From Bilabrum cf. latius (Eukaryota): DNA of 64,000 nt. How positions within the stretch are numbered: the first letter of the stretch is position 1; every line of letters begins with the position of its first letter. The position numbers were made by a program, and so were the translations under genes. The notes under the pieces are model-generated. The model made no database searches. It had not been told where the DNA came from and worked only from the letters and a program-made list of their open reading frames with translations. Positions 26,301-39,755 of this stretch are shown in pieces. The stretch covers positions 1-64,000 of the forward strand of contig OZ237744.1 of NCBI GenBank assembly GCA_965178125.1. The letters are read 5' to 3'.

Positions 26301-28365
26301 CCCACGGCTGCTTCAAAGTCGACTAATGGCTGCAGCAAAAGTGGTTTCGTGCACGGCACAATGATGGAGCCAAGCGAATTGTAGAATGCTCCGATTTTCT
26401 TGAGGGCGACAAGGTGGCGGTGTCGCGCCTCCATGGTGGTCAGTGAGGCGATCGCGCCGTCGGGAATCGGGACACCGAGCTCTGCCATTCGGCGGGTGCT
26501 GCTGGTCGCACGCAAGCCAGAGTCAGACACACCAATCGCCATGTTTCCAGTCCCGTCGAAACTCACGACATCACGACCTTCTTGCTCGCTTGCTGAGACC
26601 TCTTGTGCTGCAGACCACAGGTGAGCGGACTACTTGGCTGCGGCTAGTGCTCGTGAGCGAACCGATCGCAGCTATGACTGGACCCTGCCTGGCAGCTGGG
26701 GTAATGATCCGAGCACGCGATGCACAGCCTCAGCTTTCGAAACGATCGAACGCGCTCGAGTGCATAGTGCTGCCGCCTCACTGCCAGTTGTGGAAGCATC
26801 TGCGAGTCGGGAGGCAACCCGAGTGCATTCAGCATCCATATGTTTGATACAGTTTTGCACAGCCTGCCCCGCGTCCTCAAGTGGACCGGCGCATTGCGCA
26901 CCCACTCTGGGCCTCTGCACTAGGTATTGGCAGCGGTGGACCGCAGAGAGCGCCGCGGTCACGCTGGTCACCTCTGCTTCTGAGGCTGAACCCCCCTGCC
27001 CTGCAGCGTAGGCTTTCAACCCGGATGTAGTGCTGCCAGCTGCCTGCCCGGCTAGCTCGCGGTTGATGAGGTTGGCAAGCCAACGCCCTGCAGCTGCTTC
27101 AGTGGTGCCCAGCGCATCATCAAACCGCCGCACCGCTGCACTCCAGCTAGAATTCCCATGCCTGCCCGGGCGCAGAACATCAGCAACCTACAGCGATTTA
27201 CACGCCGATTCTATCGCTGACAGTTCTACTCCTGGGATCCTCGACCGGATGAGTTCGTCAATTGAAGCTCGAAGGCGGAAAGAATCGGTGCAGCGCCTGG
27301 CCACCAGCTGCAGCTCGCGCATGTTGCTGGTGCTCGACTCACTTGGTTGCCAGGGTTCTCTCCGAGATGCCGTGGTCGCCCAAATGACGGCCGTAAGCTC
27401 CTCTTGTGTGCGAAGCCAGGCTCCCAGCACGCTTGCCGCTGCTCTGCATCTCCTTGCCTCGACAGATAGCCCCGGGCGCAACTGCGTGTGCCACAGCATC
27501 TTCGGGTGACCCACAAATACTCTCGCCCACTCAATGATAGCAATTGATACAGATTGCATGGTTCGCTCCACATCGGCCTGGCCAAGCACCCCCTAAGTCG
27601 TGCGCCAAAGAGAATCGAGGACCTCCCTAGCCGAATCGACGGTCGAGGTGGCGACACTCGGGCGAGCCGCAGCAACACGCCTAGCGAATGATTCATCACC
27701 CCTGGCGACAAGACCTCGAAGAGCATCGATAAGGGAGTCTACTTGATTGGCAGAGCGCTCCGTGTCCCGACTGCGGCTAGCTCGAAGGGTCGTCGCGACT
27801 GATCGCAGCTGTTCGAACCAATCGCCCGACCCGGTTGACTATTCCCGCAGACTGCTTGGCTTCATCGAGGCAAGTTCGCTGATAGCCTCTCGAATAGACC
27901 GAGTATCAGCACTGTTGGAAGAGCTGCTATCCAGCATGTGTTCAAGATGTGCGACCACAGACTGCGGAATGCTACCGCTGACGCTAGAAAGTAGTATTTT
28001 CGGCTCGCCATTGCTGCGTAGCCCCTCTTTGATCAGGTGAACTTCAGCGACCACACCAGCCGCTTCTTCTGCGTCTGTATCGGACCGGCTGCCAAGCCCA
28101 AGTGTGGCTGTGCACGTCTTCCCGTCACTGCTGGGCCTAGCAACCAGCACGGCCACACTGCGACAGAATCAGTGGGACAAAAATCAATCAACAAAGTCTT
28201 CACAAATTCCACAGTAGGAGTGCAGGCAAACCGAAAAGGGCGAGCATTGATTCAATCCACGCACCTGGGATCTTCAAGGAATGCACGCAGGTTTCCCAAA
28301 GATTCTTTGGAGTCTAGAGCACAGCCAGTAGCAGATTCTAGTAACAATTTCACAGAGCGTTCCAT
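14312..28365 (-). CDS. DYNC2H1: Cytoplasmic dynein 2 (IFT dynein) heavy chain, ~4648 aa; intron 28158-28264
   Basis: About 20 ORF-track pieces from 14312 to 27839 share one frame, and every piece end checked is a TAG. Motifs: AAA1 [19 protein letters not shown]2 [34 protein letters not shown]3 GPPGCGK, AAA4 [31 protein letters not shown]. Ends in TAA after ALYLISEV. Confidence 0.95.
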
Positions 28366-28589
28366 TGCACACGGAGACAGCAGTCTAGTATCCGTTTCGA
28401 GCCAAAGACCGGTGAACGTGACCGGTCGATTGGAACGGCCGCATGCCGAGGTTCGCTGCCACTGGCACAGGTTCGATCGGGTTCCTTCGTGGCGGGGCCC
28501 CAGCCGACAACCACACAGTTCAATCTCTGATTTCTCAGCGCACAACAGCAGTTGAGGATACCTGTGATCGACTTGTGCATATCAAGGCA

Positions 28590-31500
28590 ATGGATCGTGC
28601 GGATGATAATGACTTTGGGTTTGGCTCGTCCGACATGCTGGGTGAGCTGGATCTCGATGGTCTTGCCGCTGAACTCGGCGTGGCAGCAGCATCCGATGAA
28701 GGCGCTGAGGAATTCGGTGTTCCTGACGATGAAAGCTCGGGCCAATCTGCAGACAAAGGGGCAGATTCGAGCGTTGGTGCTGGATTTGCTGAAGAGCAAG
28801 AGTTGAACGAAAGCAGCACGGATTAGAATGACGGCTAGCCATCCTCAATCGTTCTCTATGAGGATTAGAAGGTGTATCCATCTCAAGCAGAGATCTACGG
28901 GCATGATGTTACAGTTCAAGTTGAGGATGAGGATGCTCAAGCTGTGGAAGAGCCGCTTGTCGCGCCAATATCATCCTCAAGCATTGCGGTTGGCGAGGCC
29001 GGCATCCCAGAATCCGTGGTGAGTCGCTGGAAAGCTTTCTAGCATATGCTGAATAAGTTTCTATTGCTACTCTATACCGTTCCTGTTTGCCAACCGATCT
29101 TGCGCAGTACGACATGGACTTCTGTGCGGCTCTCATGTCGATTCCTGCCAGTATCCGAAAAATCGCCGTGCTTGGGCACTTGCACCACGGCAAAACAACA
29201 CTATGCGACGCTATCATTGAATAGTCACATGCTCAATCCTGGAATATCGGCAAGTAGCAGCGAAGGTACACTGATGCTCGGAGGGCTGAGCAGGAGCGTG
29301 GTGTATCGATGCACGCAACAGCGTACAGCCTTGTGGTTCGCTCGATGGAAGACAAGAGCTTCCTTCTCCATCTCCTGGACTGTCCTGGCCATCCAGATTT
29401 CGAAGCTGACGTCGAAGCTGCGGTGTCTGGCTGCGATGGGGTGCTGCTTGCGGTGGACTGCATCGAGGGAGTGCGACTCGGGACTCGGCGCAGCATCCAG
29501 CATGCAGCCAATGCTGGGTGTCGGATCACTCTTGTGCTCACCAAAATAGACAGGCTGATTCTTGAGACCCATGTACCGCCCGAAGACGCCTATGCCTAGC
29601 TCCTTGCGGTTGTGTCTGATGTCAACGCCGTGCTTCGCGATGTGGCCGTTGCTGGCAAGCTCGCTCAGAGGGTGGACCCGCGAGACGGGTCAGTTCTCTT
29701 TGCGGCAGCTCAACACGCTCTTCTGTTCTCGCTTCCCTCATTTGTGAGCCAGCACGCCGCACTAAGGGCGCAGCAAGTTCGAGCCAAGAAGAAGAAGAAG
29801 GTAGCCGCAGCGGGTGCTGCTGAGGCAACGTCAATCAGCGTTGCCAGACTAGCTCGTCGGATGTGGGGCGACTGGAAGTACAACGTGCGGACTCGCACGT
29901 TCATTTCAGACGATGCAGTCAAAGCTGCGTTGGTTGCCGCTGAAGAGGAGGCAGCACTGGGTGGCCCCGGCCAGGTACACAGCGATTCGAAGGGGCCTAG
30001 ATCAGGTGCAGCTGGCCAAGCGATGCCGTCGGATGCCCCATCTGCTTTCGCATTCTTTGTCCTCGAGCCGCTGTGGAAGCTTTACTCCGAAGTACTTACC
30101 GCGGAGCCCAGTGAGCTTGCACCGACCTTGCGACAGCTCGGTGTGCGCCTCCCAGCCGCTGCCTGCAAAGAAAACCCGAAGACGCTCTTGAAGTTGGTCC
30201 TTGCGCAGTGGCAAGGCTCCTCGGCTTGCATTGGGAGCAGTCTTGGCTTACATTGCCCACCCCCTGAAGTTGCAGCCGCACACGCCGCACCGGATTCTTC
30301 AGCTGCCGTAGCTCACGTTCTCAAGGCTGTCCCAGAACACGATAGTGACGATTTTAGATATCTTGTGGCCGTTAGTGGTGGCACCCTCAGTCAAGGCGAC
30401 AAACTCTTCGTGCACCGTGCAGGTGGCCACTCAACTGCAGTCGAGGTCAAAGAGATTGCTCTATGCCATGCTCGCTTCGTCACGGTCGTCTCGAGGGCCC
30501 CTGCTGGCAACATTGTGCTTTTGAAGTTAGCTGGCGACGTGGTGCTTGAATCGAGGCAATTTTTGTCTACTTCAGACTCCAGCCCACGACAGGCTGAAGG
30601 TGAGACTACTGGTGACAGCGCCGTTGCTGTTGTGAAAGTGTCTGTCGAACCAGTAAAACCATCAGAGCTGCCAAAGCTTGTTGCAGGGCTTCGCAGGATG
30701 CAGTCTGCATTTGCATCGTCAGTCACTCGTGTCGAAGAGAATGGGGAATACTCAATTTTCGGACGCGGTGAGCTTCACCTCGATGCAATGCTTGAGGAGT
30801 TGCGTGGCTCATTCGCTAAAATCGAAGTTAGAGTTACGGACCCCTCCACCCCATTCAGGGAGTCTTTGAGCCAGTCGTCTGCTGCCCGCGCACGGGCTAC
30901 TTCATTGAATGGCCTCAATACACTATATGCAGTCGGAAGCCCACTCGATCAGGGGGTTCAAAAGGCTTGTGATGAAGGAATGATATCGGCATCGTATGGG
31001 AGCAAACCCACAGCGATTGCCACGCGCGACTTATTGCGGACGACTTTTGGATGGGATGCATTGGCATCAGTGTCAGTAGTTGGCTGCGGGCCGAACGACT
31101 GCGGCCCGAACCTTTGCATTGATGACACGCTTCCAGGCTTACCTGGCAGTCAGCTTCTCAAGTCGTGCTACGAATCAGTTCTCAGTGGATTTCGATGGGG
31201 ATGCTAGCAAGGGCCTTTGTGCGAAGAGCCACTTCGAGGCATTGAATTTAAGATTGTTGAGGCACAGCTTGACAGCGATCTCAGGAAAAGATCCCCTGGT
31301 CAGCTTATCCCAGCCTTTAGGAAAGCCACTTTTGCATCTGTACTGTTGGGTGATCCGATACTATTGGAGCCATATTACGCTGTTGAGATCATCGGCTCTG
31401 CATCAGCGGTCGACATCGCAGAAGGTATAGTGACCAAGCGTCGAGGCCGAGTGGTGTTGTAGAATCCATGCCAGGGATCACCTTTGATTTGTCTGCATGC

Positions 31501-31783
31501 GTACATTCCTGTTATTGATTCTTTTGGATTTGAAACAGATGTGCGCACTGCAACTAGTGGTCAGGCCTTCGCAGTATGCATCTTTGATCATTGGGAGAAA
31601 GTTCCCGGTGATCCTCTGGATAGTAATGTTCAGCTCAAGCCTCTTGAACCCAGTTCTCTTCATGAGCTGGCGCGAGAGTTTGTGGTTAAGACGCGCCGGA
31701 GGAAAGGATTGCAGGAGGAAGTCATGGTGAAGCCCTACTTGGAAGCTGAAGTTCTTGAAGAACTTGCTCACATGAATGAATGA
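28590..31783 (+). CDS. EFTUD2: U5 snRNP 116 kDa GTPase Snu114/EFTUD2; intron 29019-29107
   Basis: Acidic N-terminus, IVLYED(TAG)KVYPSQAEIYG, GHLHHGKT, DCPGHPDF, VEPVKPSELPKL, GPLCEEP, DSFGFETDVR, FDHWEKVPGDPLD, KTRRRKGL. Ends in TGA. Confidence 0.96.
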
Positions 31784-32602
31784 AAAAGCTAGTGAAGTGT
31801 TCGCATTTACCAATAATTCAGCAAAGTTTGACTGTTTGATTCTGTGATAGCGTTTAACCCAGGTTTCGAGCCACCAAGCGAAGCTCTGACCAGTCATGTA
31901 AACAATTACTCGAAGCTTCATAATGATTATGTATGCATCTACTATTGTGTTCGCCGGTACGCTTGCTTATTCGATGATCCGACAAGCAGAGCAAATAAAT
32001 GGGTACAAGCGTAACATTTCTTCATTCGACTCTAAGAATATTTTGCTCACATAAACAACTGACAAGAATGCTTTTAATAGTAAGAAGGACCGATGATGGC
32101 ATTTTGTGTAAAAAAAAATGAGAGCTCGCATTGGACGGTTTAGACTACCCAAATGCAAATACAACCTGCAGTGGTAGGTTTCTGGCATCACTTGGGCTCT
32201 TTAAGCCTCGAGCTTGATTCCCTGAGACAAGGCGAACTGAGTCGAGTCATTTTTGCTTGGGTAAACACAAAGTAGAAGCCAATTGGTTAGGGTTAGCTCT
32301 TCAAACGAATGAAAGGGCGAAATGATGTAATTATATATAAACCGTCAAATCGATTCTTAAAACTACATCAATCAAATCTTCTCCCTTTATCAGTGCATTT
32401 GACACTTTTTCTCAGAGTCTGACTGCGTGCTTCCACCATATAAAATGCCGATTCTACTGCCACTAACATCAACAGATCTGCTCCTACCACTTGTCTATGA
32501 AGAGGATACACGACCATTATTTTAGACAAGGTATTTATATAAGTCTTGCTCTATAGACATGGAGGAATAAGTTCACAAATCATAAAACATGACAATTTTT
32601 AT

Positions 32603-33985
32603 TCAAGAAAGTGTTCCTACATTTCTCGAAGTTTTCCAATCCAAAACTTTTTTCATTCCCCCGTTTGACAATGCTCGAATTAGCTTCTCCTCAAGCATTC
32701 CTGCCTGGGCGATTCCAAGCTAAACTCGAGTGCCCTCAATGTCTGCTCTCGAAACTCCACCCGCTCCGGCCTCCACCAGACCCCGGCGAAGGTCAAATGC
32801 CGATCTCAGCTGACGAACTGCATCAACTTGATCTCTAGTGGCACTTCGCGACCCAGAAAAAGCGTCCTTAGCCAATTCGACGCCAAGCACAGCTTTTGCA
32901 GCTGCCTGCTCCTTCGTGTCACCACTTTCCGCTGCAGCTTTCTGGTACTAAGCTAGGGCCGACAGTGCTTCTTCATCCTTTCCAGCAAGTCTGCATGCTT
33001 TTGCTAGGCAAGCAAAACCTCTCCCAATGTCCGGCACATCCGAGTCTACATCCGACTCTCTACTCTGGCCCCCAACAGCCGTTTCCCTCTCCAATTCCTC
33101 CTGCTTGCTGGCCTTCAGAGACTCACACAAAGCAATGTACTACCTAGCCAAGTCAGCGGCCTCATCGATATCACCATTGCGAAGGGTGAGGGTTGCACAC
33201 GAGTGCAGGCACTCAGCTTCTTCCTTGCGATCGCCGCAACCTCGAGCTGCTGCCAACGCTGCTCTGATGTGCTCAACAGCAGCATCAAGATCATCAGACT
33301 CTGTGTACTCATCGGCTAGCTTTGTGTGCAACTCGATGAGCGAAGAGAGTGCTTGCTGGCGACGGCGAGCGAGCCCACTCTCCTCCGCGACCTGTGCGCA
33401 TCTCTCCAAGAGGGCAGCTGCGCTCGCGTAGTCTCCAGCCCTGCGGCACAGCCCTCCAAGTTTAGACGTTACTTCCAGCTCAGCTTCGTTGGACCCACAC
33501 AGGCGAGCCGATCCCAGGGCCCGCTCAAGCATCAAGACCGCAGTGCGGAGATCTCCTCGCTACGCAAAGAGGTCCCAACCGAGCCTAAGCATTCTGGCAG
33601 TGACGCCCTCGAGGTCGCCGCTACGTTTCTCAATATCCGCAGCTCGCAGCTCATCTGCTGTGAAGTTAAGGGTTGCATCATCAATAGGCGGGCAGATATC
33701 GCTATCCGTTGCGACTCCATTCGCTCCAGAAGCAGGGTCGGAGTTTGCACCGGTACCGCGGTTGGTATCCTGTCGGTCCATCAGGCTGACAATATCAGAG
33801 AAGGGATCCGGGTATCCTTGCACGAGCAAATCAACGCACGTGGATCGAAACTGCGGACTTTCTCGAGATATCGCTGGGTTCTTTATGATTGCTCCTGCTC
33901 CCCTTCCGCGTTCTTTGAGTTCGGGCTGCAGAAACGCGGCAGTGCCTTTCTTGTGCTTTGATCGAGCGCGCCTCGATTCTAGCAT
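32603..33985 (-). CDS. TTC29: TPR-repeat flagellar protein, TTC29-like (~460 aa)
   Basis: CVDLLVQGYPDPFSDIVSL near the N-terminus, TPR-like helices, and C-terminal TRV(TAG)LGIAQA...VLDWKTSR. Pieces 33560, 33140 and 32948 share one frame. Ends in TGA at 32603. Confidence 0.7.
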
Positions 33986-34173
33986 TTCTAATTGACCCTA
34001 TCAAGAGAGCTTACGAGAGGTGCGTTCCTTAGCTGTGCGAGTGGCTGGCCAGGTGCCGCGCAGGGGATCCGTTGGAAAGTTTCAGCTCCGAATCAATTCA
34101 GGATGCGCCCTTTGGTGGTGCTTGCACTATCTCTTGCGTCGCGACAGTATTCAATCCCCTATTGAGGCCAGTT

Positions 34174-34212
34174 GCAAGCAAGCAAGCAAAGCAAGCAAGC
34201 AAGCAAGGCAAG
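34174..34212. repeat. (GCAA)n microsatellite
   Basis: gcaagcaagcaagcaaagcaagcaagcaagcaaggcaag. Confidence 0.85.
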
Positions 34213-34231
34213 CCGACTTGCCACAGCTATT

Positions 34232-35419
34232 TCACTTGCTGCCCCACAGTTGCACGGTTGCTGCAGCCCCCACAACGCACGCCACAAGCACCAGACACCG
34301 GATGCGCGCCCGGCGGCGGGCCCCCAAGGCAGCTGCACGAGCCTGCCGCCGGGCCTGCAACAACGCGCACGTGCCACACCTCCCCGACAGTCTGCCCCAC
34401 TCCGGGGCTGGCAGCATCTCCAGTTTGACACGGGTCATCGTCCTCCTGCTCTCTGACGTCTCCGCGAGTACTCCAGCCCTCGTGCCGAGCGCCGTCCCAA
34501 GCTGCTATCTAGATATGTCACCACCGGTATCGAGCAGCGGCGGCCGCACAGGTTGCTCCATTTCGCACAGTCTTGCCCTGGCATGACCCAGGTATCCCAT
34601 GAGCGGTAGGAAATCGTCCGGATACTGAAGTGTTTCACGACTAACGCGCTTGGAAGCGGCAAAACTCTGCCTGGGCCTGCGCAAGGACTGTGCATCCCCA
34701 CGCGCTGCCTGCTCAAAGCGAGGGTGTCTAACAAGCAGCGGCTCGGTCATATGTGCAAAACGTGTCCCCCAGCCACAGTCGGAACTATCGTCACTGGCAT
34801 TAGGGGCACCACTGGCAGTGCAAAGTGTGTCACCATGATTGGCAATGCAAGGACGCCACTGACAGTGGGGCCACTCATCTTGCTAGCACAATGCTCCACA
34901 GGCCATCTCCAGCCATTTCCGATGCTCCCACGGAATTAGTGCCCTAAACGGGTGCATGCAGTACAACATGCGCTTGATTGTGCCGTCCTCCGACCAATCC
35001 GGTCTCGGGGCATTGCTGTGTGGCTGCAGCCCTGCTGCAGATACAGATGAATCCCAACCGATCCAAGCAGCCCACTCCATCGCTACGTCGTACACGGGGC
35101 TCGTTGGGGGAGGCATACACTCATGGTACTCCAAATAATGCGCAAGACCCTCTGTCCAGTACAGATTCTCGAGTTGAAACGCTGCACACCCCATCGACTT
35201 CTGGTGACCAGGTCCTGCCGTACAGTTGCCAAACCTGCAGAAAGAGTAGCCATTCTCCCACTCCCGAATACATCCAGCCATTCTGAAGAAATCAATGAGT
35301 AGTGTGATCCAAGCTTGTTTTCCTTCTTGACTCCAGCAGTAGTCAGAGAGCTTCAACCACGCACCTGGCTGCGGTGGCGCTTGCGATTTGCCCCAGAAGC
35401 CTAGCTCTACGTCCTCCAT
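34232..35419 (-). CDS. Hypothetical protein (~395 aa) with a Cys/His motif domain and a C-terminal hydrophobic anchor
   Basis: Pieces 34883, 34505 and 34232 share one frame joined by TAG. Motif GYSFCRFGNC...MG...WTEGLAHYLEYHECMPP; tail CLVLVACVVGAAATVQLW. Ends in TGA. Confidence 0.7.
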
Positions 35420-35606
35420 TTACGAAGTATCAACACTCTTCATAACACACGCATAGATGGTTTGTATTGATACAAGTCCCCGGGGAGATCTACGAATAGC
35501 GAAAGGAATTGAACCGGAAGTAGCACTGCTGGCAGTTGCACCTTGCCAGTGGCAGAGCCAAGTTCGAGGTGGCTGCTGTCATCCATTGAAACGCGGACAA
35601 GACAAC

Positions 35607-36368
35607 ATGGGGAATAGGACAGCCAAACCGGTCGTTCGGTACGAAGACGTGGTAGGAAGCATGAGCGATGATGTATTCAGATAGATGCAGGCAGCGTTCG
35701 CCAAGGGAGCTGAGGGCTCAACAGAGTTAACGCAGGAAGCTTTTTGTGACTCAGTGAGTGACAAGATTGTATAGTTGGGGATATGCTCGCATCAAAAAGT
35801 GACGAGCTCAACTAATTCGGTTCATTTCCCCGTTCTTGCAAGGGCATATCTTCTTTTTCCAAGCTTTCCTCCATATTATTCCTGTCAGGTAGCTGCTCCT
35901 TTGCGCGACAAATGGGGAGCAGGAGTTGCGGAACGTTTATTTCAAGTGATGTGCACGAATGGAAAGGCTGTTCTGAGCTGGGAAGAGTTTGCCTAGGGTG
36001 CTTGGGTTTGCGCTTGCGGGAAGCAAGACCAGCGAATGCTTCTATTGTTCCGAATGTTTGATCGCGATAACGACGAGAAGGTTACGAAAGATGATTTGGA
36101 ATCTACGCTGGCAGCAATCACTTGCAAGGGGGGTCCTTTCGAGGACGCGGTCGCGCCTGCGGAGGCCACAGAGGTTGGCAGCCGATCTGCAGCAGGAGCA
36201 GCTGGAAGGACACCGCCGTTGATATTCTTGCTGCAGAGCGGCTTGCTGGTCGACATGTACGCCAGCAGAGATGGGACAATATCGTTTCCCTCGTTCAAGA
36301 GCTGGGCCGAAACCGACAGAGAGATGCTGGCGTTTGTGCAGGACCTGGGTGGCGTGGTGGGGTCATGA
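35607..36368 (+). CDS. EF-hand calcium sensor (NCS/calcineurin-B-like), possibly myristoylated; intron 35754-35888
   Basis: Starts MGNRT; contains ERLFQVMCTNGKAVLSWEEFA(TAG)G and LLFRMFDRDNDEKVTKDDL. Ends in TGA. Confidence 0.8.
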
Positions 36369-36535
36369 TTGAACTCCTTACTACGTGTTGATTCAATAGT
36401 ACGCATAAGACTGAGACGGTGGCACCAGACCGCATGTGCTTTAGCCGCATCTGCAGGTAACGTGGGGTTGCAACGCCGATCCCATGATCCTGCTGCATCC
36501 AGTTCAGTGGAATCCACGATGTCCACCGCTGCACC

Positions 36536-39500
36536 TCAGAGCTCCACGGGCTTCGCCTACGGCTTCCTGAAATGCCTCATCTGCGCTCCGGGCGCCTGCG
36601 GCTTGAATGGTGCCATGGCTCCGTACGGCCTGGCGAGGCCAACCTCCGACGGAACATAGGCGTTGAACCGGGGCTATGCCGCGGTGGGGGCCCCTTTGGC
36701 TGTCCTCGGTGCCGCTGCCTCCGCCGCTCGCTTGGCGGCCTCCTGCAGCCTCCAAGTTTCCTTCTCCTCCTCCCTTAGCAGCATCCTCTGCGCCCGCTCC
36801 GTCGGTGCATCCCCGGGGCCCTATTTCACCGGCATCATGGTGGGCAGCCCGTCCGGCCCAATGACTTCCTCACCCTCTCCTCCCATCGTCCCCTGCCCTG
36901 CCCTGGCCCTGTCTCGCGCCTCTGAAAGCTCCTCGTCCGCCTGCCCCTTCTCTTGCTGCAGCTTGACGGCCGCCGCCTGCCACATGCTCAGCTCGCTCAC
37001 GGCCGCCATCATCTCCCTCGTCAGGGCGCGGATCTTTCCTTGCAGTGCCGTCACACGGACGGCCCTCCCCGAAGCCTCCTCCCTACCCCCTTTGGCCTGC
37101 GTCCTCAGCTTCTCCGCCACGGCCGTGACCTCCTCCAGCACAAGCTCCTTCTCTAGCAGCTCCTCCCGCTTGCTGCCCAGCCGCGCCTCGAGCTCCTCCA
37201 CAGTGCCCCGCAGGTTGTCCTCGTCTGGGTCCTGCCCCTCCAGGGGGGCCCAGCGGTCCGCGAGCCCAGGATCCTCGAGCTCCTGCGCCAGCCTGACCGC
37301 CGTGTCTCTGGCGTCCCGCACGTCTTTCTGCAACGTCAGCACCTTTTCCGCGAGCTCCGGCAGCCTGGGGAACTTGGCCCTGGACAGCCGCAGCTGCCTC
37401 TGCAGCTCCCTCTTCCTGAGCTCGAGCCCCTGCATGCCGCCCTCGGACTCCTTCATGGCGGCCTCGCCCCTCTGCAGCGAGTCCTCGTGGGCGGCGCTCT
37501 TCTCGTATAGCACGCACAGCTCGTCGTTCCTGTCGATCACCTGCACGCCAGCGAAGTTTCTCGCTTCCACAGCGGCCTCGTACTGCTGCTTGAGCTTGAG
37601 CATCTGCTTCTCGGCGCGCGCGATCACGCCCGTGAGGCGGTCGATCTCCCCCAGCTGGTGGCTCACCGCCTCCTGCCTCTCCCGGAACACGGCCCGCTCG
37701 CGATTGCACTCGGCCCTCCTGGCCTTGAGCCTCTCCTGCGACTTGGCGAGCGCGTCCTTCTCTCGCTGCAATGCCTGGTCCTTGGCCCCGCTCTCGCTCT
37801 GTAGGATCTGCAGCTCGTGGGCCAGAATCTTCACGCGCTCCTTCCTCTCGGCGAGGGCCTGGGCCGCCGCCTGGATCGCGTTCACGTAGCTGTTTCGCTC
37901 CGCCTTCACCGCCTCGTACAGCTCCCCCGCGTGCTTCAGCCTGGCCTCCACCTCGGCGTGCTGCTTGGCCAGGTCGTTCAGCGCCAGCCGCTTCATGCCT
38001 CTCTCCTCCTCCGTTGCGGCGATGTCCCTCCTGACCTTCTCGAGCTCCCGGGCCTTGGCATCTCTCGCCTCCTTGAGGTCTTGCATCTGCCGAGTCGCCC
38101 TCGCCTCCTCCCCCCTCCACCCGTCCCTCTCCTCCTCCAGCCGCCGCTCCTCCGCGAGCACCTCGTCCAGCGCACGCTTGCTCCTAGACTCCTTGCCCAT
38201 CTGCTCCCGCACCTTGAGGGTCAGCAGGTCTAGCTCCGCTGCCAGGGCCTCCAAAGTCCGCTGCTTCTCCTCGTGCTCCCGCCGGAGCCCCCGCAGCGTG
38301 GCCTGCGACTCGTTCACCGCTGCCTGGGCCTGGGGCAGCACGGCCCGCGCCTAGTTCGCCAAGTCCACGCGCCGCCTGAGGTCCTTGAGTGCCCTCGAAT
38401 ACCTGCTCTGCCTGGCCTGCTGCCCCTGCACCGCCGAGCGGAGTCGTGCCTCCGCCCTCGCCGCCCGCAGCTGCGCCTCCTTCTTCCGGTCTACCAGCTC
38501 GGCCTGCTCGTCCCTAAGGCTCCGGATGCTTCGCTCCACCTCCGCGGCATCGTGCTGCCGCTCCTGTACGTCTCTGTGGTGCGTCTGCAGCTGTTCCTCG
38601 GCCGCTTTCTGCACGGCCTTCGTCTCCTGATGCTTGGCCGCCGTCTCGACCCGCCGCTGCTCCGCCTCGTCGCGCTTGGCCCGCAGGCGCTGCACCTCCA
38701 GCCGCACCTGCTCTAGGGCCTTCTGCACGCTGCCCAGCTGCTTGCCCAGCCTGTCAGGGTTGGCCCTCACTCGGCGCCACTCGGCTCGCATGGTCCGCAG
38801 CTGCGATTCGCCTCCCTCGGCCGAGGCTTGTGCCGCATCCAGGCGGGATGTGAGCCGCGCCCTGTGGGTCTGCAAGTGCTTGTGCCGGCTCTCGGCGGCC
38901 GCAAGATCGGACTGCGGAGGAAGAATTGGGGAGCAATCGTGCAATAGAAAGGGGGTGGGCGCATGAACAGAACAGGACAGTCCCTGCGCGCTGGGCAACT
39001 CAGGGCAACTCAGTCGACGGCGATAGCTCACATCTGTTGAAGCGATCTGCGACCGCAGCTCAGTGAGCACTGGCTCGACCAGGTCTTCATTTTCTTTCCG
39101 CACCGCCTTAAGTTCCTCTCGTCGCGCTGCCTCTCGCTGCTGCAACTCGCTCAGCTCGAGGTGCAAGGTTCCATTCTATCGCTCGGCTTCAACCTGTTCC
39201 GAAAGTGCCTTCTCTTTATCTTCAACCAGCCTGCGAACATCATGCGCTAGCTTGTCTTTCTCTAATCGGCTTTTCTCCAGCGCTATTCTCTCCTCTCGCA
39301 CGCCCTATCGCAAAGCGCGGGCCTTCTCAAGGAAGGATCGCTCGCGGTCGAAGCTATCCTTTACAGCATCGTGTAGCGCCGCAAGCCTATCCCTCAATCT
39401 ATCTGCCTCATCCTCAGACAGGGTTCCACTTGCGCGGGCAGCGTCGAGTTCAACGGCAGCGTCCTCCACGCGAACTGGTGGGAGAGACGGCGGCACCGCG

Positions 39501-39541
39501 CTAGCCGGGATTTCGTCCGATGCAGCAGGTGTTCCGGCCAT
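36536..39541 (-). CDS. CCDC146: Coiled-coil flagellar protein CCDC146/MBO2; probable in-frame intron 38912-39031
   Basis: [28 protein letters not shown] and [12 protein letters not shown]. The family C-terminus PRFNAYVP...[24 protein letters not shown](TAG)AKPVEL is reached only by reading through TAG. Ends in TGA at 36536. Confidence 0.88.
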
Positions 39542-39755
39542 ACTGGGCGCTGTAGTACAGTTAATCCAAGTCGATAATACAAAGAATCTTTGTTGTCCAG
39601 GAAGCTGTTCAGATTTATCTGTATTGCAACCTAAGTTTCCGTTTGCACGCACAATACACGCAACAATAAAATCCGATTAAATCCGCAAGCACCGGTGGAT
39701 TAATGCACTGCCACCATAGCTTGCAGTCAAAGCCCAGCGAGACAAATAACGAATC

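Noticed and set aside
14312-31783. Pseudogenisation or sequencing error as the explanation for stops in dynein and Snu114
   Set aside because: The interruptions are only TAG, there are no frameshifts over more than 13 kb, they recur at conserved Gln sites, and they affect essential genes.
31784-32602. Gene or internal telomere in the AT-rich gap (GGTTAGGGTTAG at ~32285)
   Set aside because: There are only two repeat units and no convincing ORF. It is consistent with the 3' UTRs of convergent genes.
36663-38354. Long plus-strand Ser-rich ORFs (also 54870-55852, 15363-16142 and others)
   Set aside because: They are antisense shadows of GC-rich or repetitive coding sequence on the minus strand.
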